Assembly (NCBI GenBank): GCA_965287045.1
Contig: OZ336898.1
Coordinates: 33,170,001-33,234,000, forward strand
Length of the DNA stretch: 64,000 bases
From: Carcharhinus amblyrhynchos
Taxonomy: Eukaryota
Direction of reading: 5' to 3'
The position numbers and the translations under genes were made by a program. This document shows, piece after piece, positions 39,120 to 51,475 of the stretch. Below the pieces are notes generated by a model, which was not told the DNA's origin, did not search any database, and saw only the letters and a program-made list of their open reading frames with translations. The number at the start of each line of letters is the position of its first letter. Positions within the stretch are counted from its first letter, which is position 1.

Positions 39120-40740
39120 AAGTCTGAAAGGAAGAAGAGTGGGTCTAAGACTGGTATTTTAAATTTTAATAGGGGCAACTGTGGACATGAAGCTGAACAG
39201 GGTATAATGAAGAAAAGGGATATTTCAGAGTACTCAGAATAAGTATATTTCTGCTATAAAGAAAAATTCTAAAGGGAGGAACGACCAACTGCGGTTAACT
39301 AAAGAAGTTAAGGAAGGCATCAAACTTAGGAAAAAACATACAATTGCACGAAAATGAGTGGTAAGACAGATGATTTCTCAGAATATAAAGAACAACAGAG
39401 AATGACTAAAAGGTTATTGGTGGAAAGAAATTCTTTATTTTGACAGTATAAGAGAAAGCTAGCTAAGAATGTAAAAACATAATATGGATTTCTACAGGTA
39501 TTTAAACAGGAAAAGAGTAAATAAAGTGAGTGTTGGTCCCCTAGAGAGTGTGGAATTAATAGTAGATAATAAGGAAATGGCAGATGAAATGAACAAATAT
39601 TTTGCTTCTGTCTTCGTAGAATTATAGAAACCCTACCATGCAGAAAGAGGCCATCTGGCCCATCAAGTCTGTGCCAACCACAATCCCACCCAGGCCCTAC
39701 CCCAATATCCCTACGCATTTACCCCTTGATCCCTCTAAGCTACGCACTTCAGGACACTAAGATGCAATTTAGCATGGCCAATCAACCTAACCTGCACATC
39801 TTTGGACTGTGGGAGGAAACCGGAGCACTCGGAGGAAACCCACACAGACACGAGGAGAATGTGCAAACCCCATACAGACAGTGACCCAAGCCAGGAATTG
39901 AATCCAGGTCCCTGGAGCTGTGAAGCAGCAGTGCTAACCACTGTGCTACCATGCCGCCCGGTTCACTGTAGCAGATACAAGAAACAGGCCAGTAATAGCT
40001 GTAGATCAGGAGGTGGAAGGGAGAGAGGAAGCTGGTGAAATTATAATCCCTGGGGAAACAGTACTGAGCAAACTAAGGGAGCTGTGAGCTGACAAATGTC
40101 TGGGTCAAAATGACTTGACTATAGGGTCTTACAAGAGGTTTACTGGTGTTAATTTTCCAAAATTCGTTATGAGTCTGGAAAATTTCTTTTGGACTGCAAG
40201 TTAGGAAATATTCAAGAAGGGAAGCTGAAACGGGAAATTATAGGTCAGTTAGCTTGACATTGTCATGGGGAAGAAGTTAGAATCAATCATTAAATAGGTT
40301 ATAGCTGGTTACTTAGACACATTGAAAGTGACTGGGAAGAATCGGTAGAGTTTTATGAAAGGGAAATTGTGCTTAACCTATTTACTAGAGTTCTTTGAAG
40401 GAATAACATGTGCTGTGGATAGACTGGAGCCTGTAGACATACTATAATGTTTCTTCTCGTGGCTGAGTCCAGAACTAGGGGGCACAGTTTTAAAATTAGG
40501 GGTAAGGAGAATTTTACTTCTCTCAGAAGGGTGTGCAACTTTGGGACAGTCTGCCTTAGAAAGCGATGGAAGTGGGATCACTGAATATTTTTAAGGCAGA
40601 GGTAGATAGATGTTTACTGAGCAAGGGAATCAAAGCTTATTGGAGGTAGCTGAGGAATGTGGGACTCCACACATACAGGTCAGCCATGATCTCATTGAAT
40701 GGCAGAGCAGGCTTGAGATCTACTTTGGTTCATATTCCTT
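39120..40740 (+). mobile_element. Old internally deleted CR1 interrupted by a V-SINE
   Basis: Degenerate ORF2 (LNKYFASVF, NYRSVSLT, CLTYLLEFFE) and a CR1 3' end. Confidence 0.8.
39624..39960 (-). mobile_element. tRNA-derived V-SINE (HE1-like), CR1-type tail
   Basis: Head GGGCGGCATGGTAGCACAGTGG, B box, V-domain; same family as 13132-13474. Confidence 0.9.
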
Positions 40741-40780
40741 ATTTCAGCAAGAGAAATCTACTTGAAAAGGTCACACAAAG

Positions 40781-41030
40781 CAAAATATTATAGACACTGG
40801 AAATCAGAATAAAGAAAGAAAATTCTGGAAATACTCAGCAGGTCTGGTAGCATCTGTGAAAAAAGAAACAGAGTTAAAGTTTCAAACTGATAACCTTTCA
40901 TCAGAACAGATAAAGAATTCTGCTACAAGGTCATCAATGTGAAACATTAACTTCCACTGATGCTGAATCTGCTGAATGTTTCCAAGATTTACTCTTCTTA
41001 CTTCAGGTTTCTAGCATCCGCAGTATTTTA
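40781..41030. mobile_element. Foldback (inverted-repeat) Penelope-derived non-autonomous element
   Basis: Arms of ~120 bp are diverged reverse complements (caaaatatta...catcagaa versus ttctgc...gtatttta) around a ~10-bp loop. Confidence 0.65.
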
Positions 41031-41084
41031 TTTCTGAACTTAGTGCAAAGTAATGTTTTTTCGTTATTTTCAGTAAATCAAAGG

Positions 41085-41277
41085 TAAAATCATCATAGTC
41101 CCAGATGATCACAGACTGTGACTGGTGGTGATTTAACCTGAGGATAGCCACACCTCAGGCGAGGGTCAAGGTTGAGACGGTGGGGCCTTGATGAATAATC
41201 TCAACCAGTACGGGAATTGAACCTGCGTTGTTGGCATCGTTAACCAGCTGTCCATCCAACCGAGCTAAACCAACCGA
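41085..41277 (-). mobile_element. tRNA-derived SINE, non-V family
   Basis: A box ggtttagctcggttgg, B box ggttcaattccc, internal hairpin cctgagg...cctcagg. Confidence 0.7.
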
Positions 41278-41443
41278 CAGTATTTTCAGTACTGATCATT
41301 TGCATTGTTGCTCCTGGTGAGAAGGCATTGCACTGAGCATTACTCAATGTCTACACACGCTTCTGTTTAGTCAGTAATCTAGAAGGGCATTTGTACCAAA
41401 TTCCCGGAGTCCAGTTGATAGATTAATTATTTGTTTCCCTTAC

Positions 41444-41790
41444 CTGGCCTGAAGCTGTGGGCCCTGTCGTAGTGTTAGGAGGGACCTGGCCAGTTGCAGG
41501 TTGTGGTTCGACAGTTGGCTGCACAGTAATCTGATGGCTGGCTGTTGTTGGAGTTGCTGAGGCAGCTGATACTGGGCACGGCTCTGTGGCAGGGGTAGGG
41601 TAGAGGTTCTGATCCCCCGAGGCCTGTCGCCCAGGCTGAGGCTTCTTCTGAGACTGCACAGTAGCCTGCTGGGCACTCTCAGCCAGGGCCAGTGCTAGTA
41701 GGCGAGCAGCACTCTTTGGGGGTGGAGGTGGTGGAATGAGAGGTACAGAGCTAACTGGAGGAGCCTCCTGAGGGGATTCCACAGGAGTTA
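41444..41790 (-). CDS. ARHGAP32: ARHGAP32 penultimate coding exon (VTPVESPQEAPPVSSVPLIPPPPPPKSAARLLALALAESAQQ...ASGQ)
   Basis: Within ORF 41423..41893. Acceptor ctgcag|TA, donor CAG|gtaagg; 347 bp, phase 1 to 0. Polyproline and ARxLALALAESAQQ motifs. Confidence 0.93.
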
Positions 41791-44289
41791 CTGCAGAGTA
41801 AACAAAAGAACAAATATTAATTTGCTGTAAAAGGCCTTTGCAAATAGCCCATAATCTGCTATTGATGACTTGATCTTTTACAAATATTGCCATATTAGTA
41901 GCACCTTCATAGAAGTCATAACACAGGAGGAAGCCACACAGCCCAGGTTACCCACATCAACATTTGCATTAGCTGCTCTGATCCCTTCATTGTTACTTCA
42001 TTATATTTTTCTTTATCCAATTCCTTTTTAAGTCATAATTCCTCTTCTTAAACTCTTCCAAGCAAACTTTAACTTTGAATGAGAAGCCTGACTCATTGAT
42101 TTCACAATCTCTTTTCTCAATAGGTTTTATGGTTTTGGAACCATTTGTTAGACCCTCTGAATGTCCCAATCAAATATTTTCAAGCTCTTATTAGTAATGA
42201 GAAGTCTGATTTCATCCCAGCACAACTGCATTGCCCTCTCTCTCTTTTGACTTTGATATCCCTGCAGTGGAATATCTGGAACTGGACTGACCGCTCCATT
42301 GTGGCTGAAACAATAGCTGACAAATCCAAACTCAATTCCTTGCTTTTTCACAATGCACCTTCCTTGAACTCTTTCCCCTCTGGAGGAGATGGCACCTGTA
42401 CAAGCCAGATGGATTGCAACTGACAGAGTTGGCACTGAGTTTCTTGCGGGAAGGTTTATTAATGCTGTTAGGAGGCTTTAAACTAATTCAACAGGGGTGG
42501 TGTGGCAATCAAGAGGAAATATTAACAAGAAATACCGGGATGCACAGAAAGCACAAGTATAGAGAATAGTAAGTTAACAGGTGAGGTCAGGATAAGGGAG
42601 AAAGTAATGACATCCAAATCAGGGTTATTGTGCATGTATGTGAATGTATGGAGCATAGTAAATAAGATTGGCGAGTTACAGAAACAGACTGCACTGTGGA
42701 AATATGATGTTGTGGTCATGAGAGGGACCTGGCTCAAGGAAGGGCAGGACTCGGTGTTAAATGTTCTGAGGTAAAAGGTGTTCAGAAAAAGAAACAGAAG
42801 GAAAGGGAGAGAGGTGGCGGTATTGGTTAGGAAGAGCATTACAGTGCTGAGGAAACAGGATACCCCAGAGAGTCCAAAGGCACAACTGATTTGGCCAGAG
42901 CTAAGGAGCACGGAGTGACTTCACAATGCTCAATTGGTCTATAGGCTGATGTGCCCAGGAAAATGTCCTACAGCAGTATGTGTCCAGTCCAAGAAAGGAT
43001 GCACTGTGGGATCTGGTTTTTGGAAATGAGGTGGGCCAAGTAGATGAAGTGTCGGTGAGGGAACATTTAGGAGACGGTGATCATTACATTGTAAGGCGAT
43101 TATCAAAAAGGATAACAGGCGATCCAGAGTAAAAATAATTAACTGGGGAGAGCCGACTTCAGTGGGGCAGGAACGGAACTGGGTTAGACTGGGAGGAAAG
43201 GTTATGGGAAAAACTGTAGTTGAACGATGGGCTACCTTCAAAACAGAAATGGTCTGGAAATAGTCCAGGTATATTCCTCGAAAAGGGAAAGGTAGTGAAA
43301 ACAAATCCAGAGCTTTCTGGATGAAAAAGCAGATAGAAATTAAGATAGAGAATAAAAAGTATGCAAATTGTTTGTGTCAGGTAGAAAATACAATTGAGAA
43401 CCAAGAGGAATCCAGAAGGTTCTGAGGGAAAGTGAAAAAACACATTAGAGAAGCAAAGAGGGATTATGAGAAAAGACTGGCAACCAATATAAAGGGGAAT
43501 CCCAGAGTTTCCTATAGGTGTATGAAAAGTAAAAAGGTGGTAAAGGACCAATTTGGGACCTAAAAGGGAATCTACATAGGAAGACAGGGGGCATTGTGAG
43601 GTATTAAATGAATATTTTGCATCCACCTTTACTAAGGAGGTACTCAGGACATGGTGACAGGTGAGGAAATTCTGTTCTTAGAAGGGTTCAAAATTGATAA
43701 GGAGGAAGTGTTGATCAGTATTGCAAGTTTACAAAGCACTAATAAAAACATAAAAACACTAGGATTGGATTAGATGCATCCAAGAATATTGAAGAAATTG
43801 AGAATGGAAATTGTGGGAGCAATATAATCTTCCAATCTTTTCTAGACTCAGGGCAAGTGCCTGAGGACAGGAGACGTTATGCCCATGTTCACAAAAGGTC
43901 AAAAAGGACATTCCCAATCAGTTTAACATCAGTCGCGGGCAAGCTTCTAGAAACAATTACCCAGGATAGGATTAGTAGTCACTTAGAAAAATGTAGGATG
44001 ATTAGGCAGGGCCAGCATGGATATCTAAAGAATAAATTGTGTTCATTTAACTTGGAGTTTTTGAGGAGGTAACAGGGAAGTCGATGAGGGTAATGCTGTT
44101 AATGTGATGTACATAGACTTTTAGAAGACATTCAATATAGTGCCACACAACAGACCTGGGGAAAATGTTATAGCGCATGGAATGAAAGGAACAGCAACAA
44201 CGTAGATACAAAATTGGCAGAAAGTAATGGTCAATGGATATGTTTCAGACCAGAGAAAGGTACCCCAGGGGATTTGTATCATTGATAAG

Positions 44290-46027
44290 AACATAAGAAC
44301 ATAAGAAATAGGAGCAGGAGTAGGCCATCCAGCCCTTCGAGCCTGCCCCGCCATTCAATAAGATCATGGCTGATCTGTCGCTGCTCAGTTCCACTTTCCC
44401 GCCCTCTCCCCATAACCCTTAATCCCCTCTCCTATCAAAAACCCATCAACCCGCGCCTTAAAAATATTTAGCGAGGCAGCCTCCACCACTTCAACAGGCA
44501 GAGAATTCCAGAGATTCACCACCCTTTGAGTGAAGAAGTTCCTCCTCAACTCCGTTCTAAACCGCCCCCCTTTTATCTTGAGGCTGTGCCCCCTAGTCCT
44601 ATTGTCTTTTTTGAGCGGGAAGAGTCTTTCCACCTCTATCCTATCCATCCCATTCATCATCTTATACGTCTCAATGAGATCTCCTCTCATTCTTCTAAAC
44701 TCTAACGAGTACAAGCCCAGTTTATTCAGTCTCTCCTCATAGCTCAACCCCCTCAACTCCGGTATCAGCCTAGTAAACCTCCTCTGCACTCCCTCCAAGG
44801 CCAAAATATCTTTGCGCAGGTGCGGCGCCCAAAAATGCACACAGTACTCCAGTTGCGGCCTCACCAATGCCCTATACAGCTGCAGCAAGACCTCCCTACT
44901 TTTATATTCAATCCCCCTCGCTATGAAGGCCAGCATCCCATTCGCCTTCCTGACCACCTGCTGCACCTGCAAGCTGGGTTTTTGCAACTCATGCACAAGG
45001 ACCCCGAGGTCCCTCTGCACCGTCGCCTGCTGCAGTTTTTCGCCTCGTAAGTAATAGTCCTTCCTTCCATTTTTCCTACCAAAGTGGACCACCTCACACT
45101 TGCCAACATTAAATTCCATTTGCCATTTCCTGGCCCATTCGCCCAGCCTATCTAGATCCTTCTGCAGACTCTCCACACCCTCCGCACAATTTGCCGTTCC
45201 CCAATCTTGGTGTCATCAGCAAATTTCGACACTCTACACTCGGTTCCCTCCTCCAGATCATCTATATAAATGGTAAAAAGCTGAGGCCCCAGCACCGACC
45301 CCTGGGGCACTCCACTAGTCACCATCCGCCAATCCGAATAGCACCCGTTGACCCCCACTCTCTGTCTCCTATTTGACAACCAATCCTCTATCCACGCTAA
45401 CACCCTACCCCCAACTCCATGTCCCTCGACCTTCTGCAATAACCTCTTGTGAGGCACTTTGTCAAACGCTTTCTGAAAATCTAGAAAGACCACATCCACC
45501 GGCTCTCCTCTATCCACCGCCCTAGACACATCCTCATAGAACTCCAGTAAATTTGTCAGACACGACTTCCCTTTAATGAAACCGTGCTGCGTCTGCTCTA
45601 TCAAGCAATTCCCTTCAAGATGCCTCGCAATTTCCTCCTTAATGACAGATTCTAACATTTTACCTACCACAGATGTTAAACTAACCGGCCTATAATTCCC
45701 CGCCTTTTGCCTGGCACCCTTCTTAAACAACGGCGTAACATTAGCCGTTTTCCAATCATCCGGCACTTCCCCGGAATCCAGCGACGTTTGGAAAATAACC
45801 ACCAAGGCATCCACTATCACCTCTGCCATTTCTTTCAGAACCCTCGGATGCATTCCATCCGGTCCTGGGGACTTGTCCACAATCAGCCCCTCCAGTCTGT
45901 CGAGCACCGCCTTTCTAGTAACAGTAATGTCATTAAGACCCTCCAGTCCTACCACCTTTCTATCGCTAACACCCGGCAAATTATTCACGTCCTCCTCCGT
46001 GAAGACAGAAACAAAAAAGTTATTCAA
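44290..46027 (-). mobile_element. Young CR1 LINE, 5'-truncated, RT domain with one frameshift
   Basis: ORFs 45152..46048 ([41 protein letters not shown]) and 44385..45176; (TTCTTATG)n tail. Confidence 0.96.
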
Positions 46028-46079
46028 TAAGTGACAGATGAAGTTCAATGCGGAGTTGTGTGAGGTGCACTAAACCCAA

Positions 46080-46392
46080 AGAATCCCTATAGTGGAGGAC
46101 GTCATCCGGCCCATTGAGTCTACATCAACTCTCTGAAATAGCATCTTACCCAGGCCCAAACTGCACCCCTACTAACCCGCTCCCCCTCAATCATCCCTGT
46201 AACCCTGTGCACTACCATGGTCAATCCACTTAATCTACACATCTTTGGACTGTGGGAGGAAGCTGGAGCAGCCATTAGAAACTCACGCAGACGTGGGCAG
46301 AACGTGCAAACTCCACACAGTCTTCCAAGGCCGGAATTGAACCCACATCCCTGGTGCTGTGAAGCAGCGGTGCTAATTATTGTGCCAACCAT
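46080..46392 (-). mobile_element. Degenerate V-SINE
   Basis: tRNA head with B box gggttcaattcc and V-domain. Confidence 0.75.
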
Positions 46393-47689
46393 GCATTTTG
46401 GTAGGAAGCACATGGAGAGGCAATATAAAACAAAGGGTAAAATTCTAAAAAGGTTGCAGGAGCAGAGGGACCTGGGGGTGTATATATATATATATATATG
46501 TATAGATCATTGAAGGTGGCAGGACAGGTGAAGAGAGCAGTCAATAAAGGATATAGTATTCTGGGCTTTATCATTAGCGGGGTTGAGTACAACAGCAAGG
46601 ACGTTATGCTGAACATATACAAGAAACTACTTAGACCTTACCTGGGATATTATGTACAATTCTGGGCACCACACTACAGGAAGGATGTGAACACACATTG
46701 GAGAGAGTGCAGAAGAGGTTTACAAGAATGGTTTCAGGAATGAGAAACTTCTCTTATGAGGATAGAGTGGAGGGATTGGGATTGTTCTCCTTGGAGAGGA
46801 GAGTTGATAGAGATGTTCAAAATCATGATGAGGTTGGACAGAGTAGATAGAGAGAAACCGTTCCTGCTCGTAAAATGATCGAGAGTAGAGGCCGCAGATT
46901 TAAGATGACTCGCTAAAGAAGCAAATGTGATCTGAGAAATGAATTTTTTCACCCAATGAGTGATTCGTGTCTGGCATGCACTGCCTGGAAGTGTTGCGGA
47001 GGCAGATTCAATTGAGGCATTTAATAGAGCATTAGATGTGCAGGGGAAAAGGAAGGGGAATGGCACTAAGACATAATGTTCACTTGGAGAGCCGGTGCAC
47101 ACATAATGGGCCAAACGGCCTTTTTTTGCGCCGTAACAGTTCTGTGATTCTGAGAATGCCAAGTGGGTGATCTATCTCAGCCTCCTCCTGAGGTCCCCAA
47201 CATCAAGGAGGCCAGTCTTCAGAAAATTTGATTCATTTCACATAACATTAGCTGATGACACTGAATACTGAAAAGACTATGGGAACTGACAATATTCTGA
47301 CACCAGGACAGAAGACTTGTGCCCCAGAACTAGCTGCAGTACTAACAGATGTTCCAGTACAGCTGGAAGACTGGCATCTACCCAATAATATGGATTTTGC
47401 CAGTTATGTCCTGTCCACAAAATTATGTCAAATCCAATCCAACCACTTACTGCCCATCAGTCTCTCAGTTAACAACAAAGTAATGGGATATATTATCAAC
47501 AGTGCTATCAAGAAGCACTTACTCAGCAAAACACTGCTCATTAATGTTCCCCAACAGTTACTCAGCTCCTGACTTCATTACTGCCTTGATCCAAACATGG
47601 ACAACAGCTGAATTCCAGAGGTGATGTGAGAATTACTACCCTTGACATCAAGGCAACATTTGATGGAATGTGGCCTCAAAGAATCCAAA

Positions 47690-48300
47690 TATTGCTAAAC
47701 CTCTTCCCTGCCTCAGCTTATCTGCAGCTGAAACTCTCTACCATGCCTTCATTACCTCTAGGCTCAACTATGCCAACGTACTGCTGGCTAGGCTCCCACA
47801 TTTTACCCTCGGAAACTTAAAATCATCATAAACTCTGCTGCCTGTGTTTTAACTGAGAAGTTTCATTCCCCTACCACCATGGTGCTCGTTGACCTATACA
47901 GGCTCCCGGTGAAATAAAGTCTGGATTTTAAAATTGTCACACTTGTTTTCAAATTCTTTTATAGTCCTTGCCTGGGACAAACTCCACAACCCTCCAAAAT
48001 ATCTGCACTCATCTAAGTCTGGCCTCTTATGCATTCCCAATTATAACTGCATCATCACTGATGGCCATGCCTTTCATGGTCTAGGCCACAATTGTGGAAT
48101 TTCCTTCCTACACCTCTCCATTTTTAATCTTGTCTTCTTCCTGTAAATTATTTCTTAAAACCTAGTTCTTGGCCCAGCTTTTATTCTTCCGCCCTAATAT
48201 CTCTTTACATGGATAGATATTATACTTTGTTTTGTAATTCTCCTGTGAAGTGCCTTGGGCCCTTTCATTATATTAAAGACATTATTAAAATATAAGTCAC
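47690..48300 (+). mobile_element. Old L2 LINE 3' fragment
   Basis: Degenerate L2 ORF end (HAFITSRL.Y.N.LL; DFKI.TLVFK) and tail ctgtgaagtgccttggg...attaaa. Confidence 0.6.
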
Positions 48301-49226
48301 TGTGTTGAAACACACTACCTGTATGTTCACTCCAAGTTACACACCATCCTGACTTGGAAATATATTCCAGTTTCTGGGTTAAAATCCAGGAACTCTCATC
48401 GTAACAGTGCTGTGGGTGTACTTACACTACATGGACTGCAGAAGTTCAAGAAGGCAGCTCACCACCACCTTGTCAAGGACAATAAGGTTTGGCTATAAAT
48501 GCTGACCTAGTCAGTGACACCCACATCTCATGGATGAATAATAAGGAGTGCCCAATGCACTGTGTCCCTCTCCCACAAACAGTTTAGACGGCCAATGAGC
48601 AGCAGCTTAATCTGGCCACATAAGGCTGTCATTAACTACGGAATGCTACCGCAGCACAAATTAGTGCTAGAAGGGGAGGGTAAAAGGAAAAGGAAACTGG
48701 GTCTAATTATCCATCAGATAGTAAAGCATTGAGCAACACAATCTGTCCACACTGTGTCTGAAAATCTGAAATCTCTCTTCACCAAATTCACTGTTACAGT
48801 CTTAGCACCAGTTCCGGTGTGCAGAACCTAGTGTGGAGAGTTACAACTCAGGACATACAAGGTTTTCTTCTTATTGCAATGACTCTCATCATTGAATAGC
48901 AAATATTTATTAAAACAAATTAGAACAGAAATTAGAGATGTTCATCTTCCTATTTTTGGGAAACTAAGTTACCTTTGACAGGAGTTGCTATCCAGTAGTA
49001 TGGCTGAAAGGTGTCAGTATAATTTATTCATTCCAGTGACAATGCTTAGCAGTTTATCATGGCTTCTTACTGAATGGCGGGGCAGACTCGAAGGGCTAGA
49101 TGGCCTACTCCTGCTCCTGTTTCTTATGTTCTTCTGTTCCAGTATATCAGGGTGGTGCACATATACCTGAAATATAGCTGTGAGCCTCTCCCAATATACC
49201 TAGCGTAACAATTCTTTACCACTTAC

Positions 49227-49764
49227 CGGTGTGTGAATGGGTGGATGGTACTGCCTTGTTTTGATTGATTAGCACATGCCAATCTGGACTTTGCCCTTTT
49301 GCTTCCACATGTGAATGGGTAGATTGCACAGCCTTACTTTGATTTGCCAGTTCATGCCCATCTGAACTTTGTCCTTGTGTTCCTGCTTGTGAAAAGGTGG
49401 ATGGTACAGAGTTGCTTTGATTTGTTACTTCAGGCCAATCTGAATATTTCCCTTTTGTCCCTGCTTGTGATTGAGTAGATGTTACTGCCTTGTTCTGATT
49501 GGTCAGTTCAAGCCAATCTGGACTTTGCCCTTTCACCTCGGTTTGTGAATTGGTCGATGGTGTAGACGTGTTTTGATTAGGGAAATCATACCAATCTGCA
49601 CTTTGCTCCTTTGTTCCCATTTCTGAATGGGTAGGTGGTGTAGTTTTGTTCTGGTTGGTCAGTGTATGCCAGTCTGGATTTTGCCATTTTGTTGTTGCTT
49701 GTGAGTGGGTAGATTGTACAGCCTTATACTGATAGGCCTGATCAGGCCAATCTCGATTTTGCTC
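49227..49764 (-). repeat. Coding tandem repeat, 78 bp / 26 aa, about 7 copies
   Basis: Units EQNRDWPDQAYQYKAVQSTHSQATTK / WQNPDWHTLTNQNKTTPPTHSEMGTK / EQSADWYDFPNQNTSTPSTNSQTEVK / GQSPDWLELTNQNKAVTSTQSQAGTK / GKYSDWPEVTNQSNSVPSTFSQAGTQ / GQSSDGHELANQSKAVQSTHSHVEAK / GQSPDWHVLINQNKAVPSTHSHT. Confidence 0.92.
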
Positions 49765-50573
49765 TTTGGCCTCCGACTCTGGTACTGCAGCAGAGAGTTT
49801 GGTGTGGATCTCCTGACGACATCCCTCAGGTAGTTGCACATCGCTGGTCTTCAGTAGCATTGACATCATTTGTGGAGGTGACTTGTTGACATTGCTATTC
49901 CCTGCTTGGTTTGTGCGAGGTGGAGATGTACCCAGTGAAACAGTTGCCATATTGCCAATCATTTCAGATACTCGCGTTGGTACAGAAATTGTCATCGGTT
50001 CAGAAATGTTCAACAGAGGAGACTTGGGAGACTTGCGCCCAATCTTTGGGGAGAAAGCATGAACCACCTTTTCTGCAAAAGAGGTTGGTTTAGCCAGTTT
50101 CTCATCAGTGGGGCTTAGATCTGGAGAGAAGAAGGGGCTCATCAGCTTATCTGGGGAGTGAGAGACTGGTTCAGAACTAGTAGCACTACCAGGGGTCAGA
50201 CACGCACTGCCCAAATCTGACTCCCTCTTACTGCTGTTTGACTTGTCTTTGCCACTGGCTGAGGAATCCAGCTGAGATGTGCTGCTGTCAGGACCTGCAA
50301 GCTCTGCCCTTGGTGGACTACACTGAAAGGACATTGGATCAAAGTCCAATCCTGCTGCTCCCATGTCTGGTGGACTCAGTTCTACTTCCTCCATTTTGGG
50401 AGACATCAGTGCAGGGATTTGGTGCATGGCATCTTCTCTTTCATTTTCGTCATTGGGTAAATTATCATAGGAATTGCAGTGGTTGAGACCTGGAAGGCCA
50501 GCAGCACTGAAGGAAACTGAGAGAGCATCACTGCTAGATCGAGGCCTTCTAGGTCTGTACACCTTTGATTCTC
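49227..50573 (-). CDS. ARHGAP32: ARHGAP32 large internal exon (GESKVYRPRRPRSSSDALS...STHSHT), including a 26-aa tandem repeat block
   Basis: ORF 49216..50562. Acceptor ttcctag|GA, donor G|gtaagt; 1347 bp, phase 1 to 1. RPRRPRSSSDALS, CNSYDNLP and LDFDPMSFQCSPP motifs. Confidence 0.93.
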
Positions 50574-51475
50574 CTAGGAAAGAACAAGCAGCATATTATT
50601 CACTGTGGGCTTGTGGTATCAGTGTGCAAAATGAGCAATTAAACCACACTGTGGACCACAGTATTTACATTTCTATATATATTTCAGAATTATTTTACAA
50701 GTTACGTTATTTTACAAGTTGTCATTAGACAGAATTTCATAGCATGGCCATCCCTTAGGTTGTTTAATAACTTTCTCTCACTGGCTCTGGAAAACAGATT
50801 CCTGCCCTCAAGACTGCATTAAATAACTAGCAGGCCAGAGGGTTAGGTGGGACTTAACACAATGCATTTAACACATCCGGTTGACCCAAAATGTGTCAAT
50901 TCATTTTCTTTTACCCCCTGATATTGACCGAATGTTCTGTCAACCGAATATGGGTCAGTCTTCTTGGTATCATTCCGATCTTGATCACCGAATGAAAACG
51001 CTAAAAAGTAACAGAAGTAGAAAAGCCATCTGAAAGCAGCATTCTATGCGTTCAGGCTGGCACAATAGAACAAGGCTGTACGGGGATGATGGCACGAAGC
51101 ATCACTTTACAAACAGAGCAGTGGAATTCTGGAATTTTCTCCCGTAAACATCTTTTGAGGCTGGGGGATGCGACTTAAAAATTCTGAGACCATGCTTGAC
51201 AGATTTTTATAAAACCGAAATACTTTGGATGCTGGAAATTTAAAATAAAAACAGAAAATGCGAGAAGTACTCGCAATATTTATCATTAGAGAAACAAAGT
51301 TGATCATCCTTCATAACTGGAGAAAGTTAGAGTGGCAGCCAGTTTGAAGGAAGTACAGAGCTGGGAAGAGGGGATGGGGGAGAAACAAGTTGTCTGTTTC
51401 TATTGTGGAAAGCAGCAGTTGATGGTGATTAATTATTTTATTTACACCTCCAGCAGACTCCAACGCCACTTTAGC

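Larger units (their letters stand above)
42380..47150 (+). mobile_element. Long decayed CR1 LINE (end of ORF1, APE endonuclease, RT, 3' end) interrupted by a young CR1 and a SINE
   Basis: APE start LCMYVN..SIVNKIGELQ at ~42625; PISLTSVAGKLLE (ORF 43857..44072); 3' part in ORF 46498..46743. Confidence 0.85.

Noticed and set aside
44385-46048. Domesticated RT or novel RT-based system
   Set aside because: Ordinary 5'-truncated CR1 ORF2 with a tail and near-identical sibling copies.
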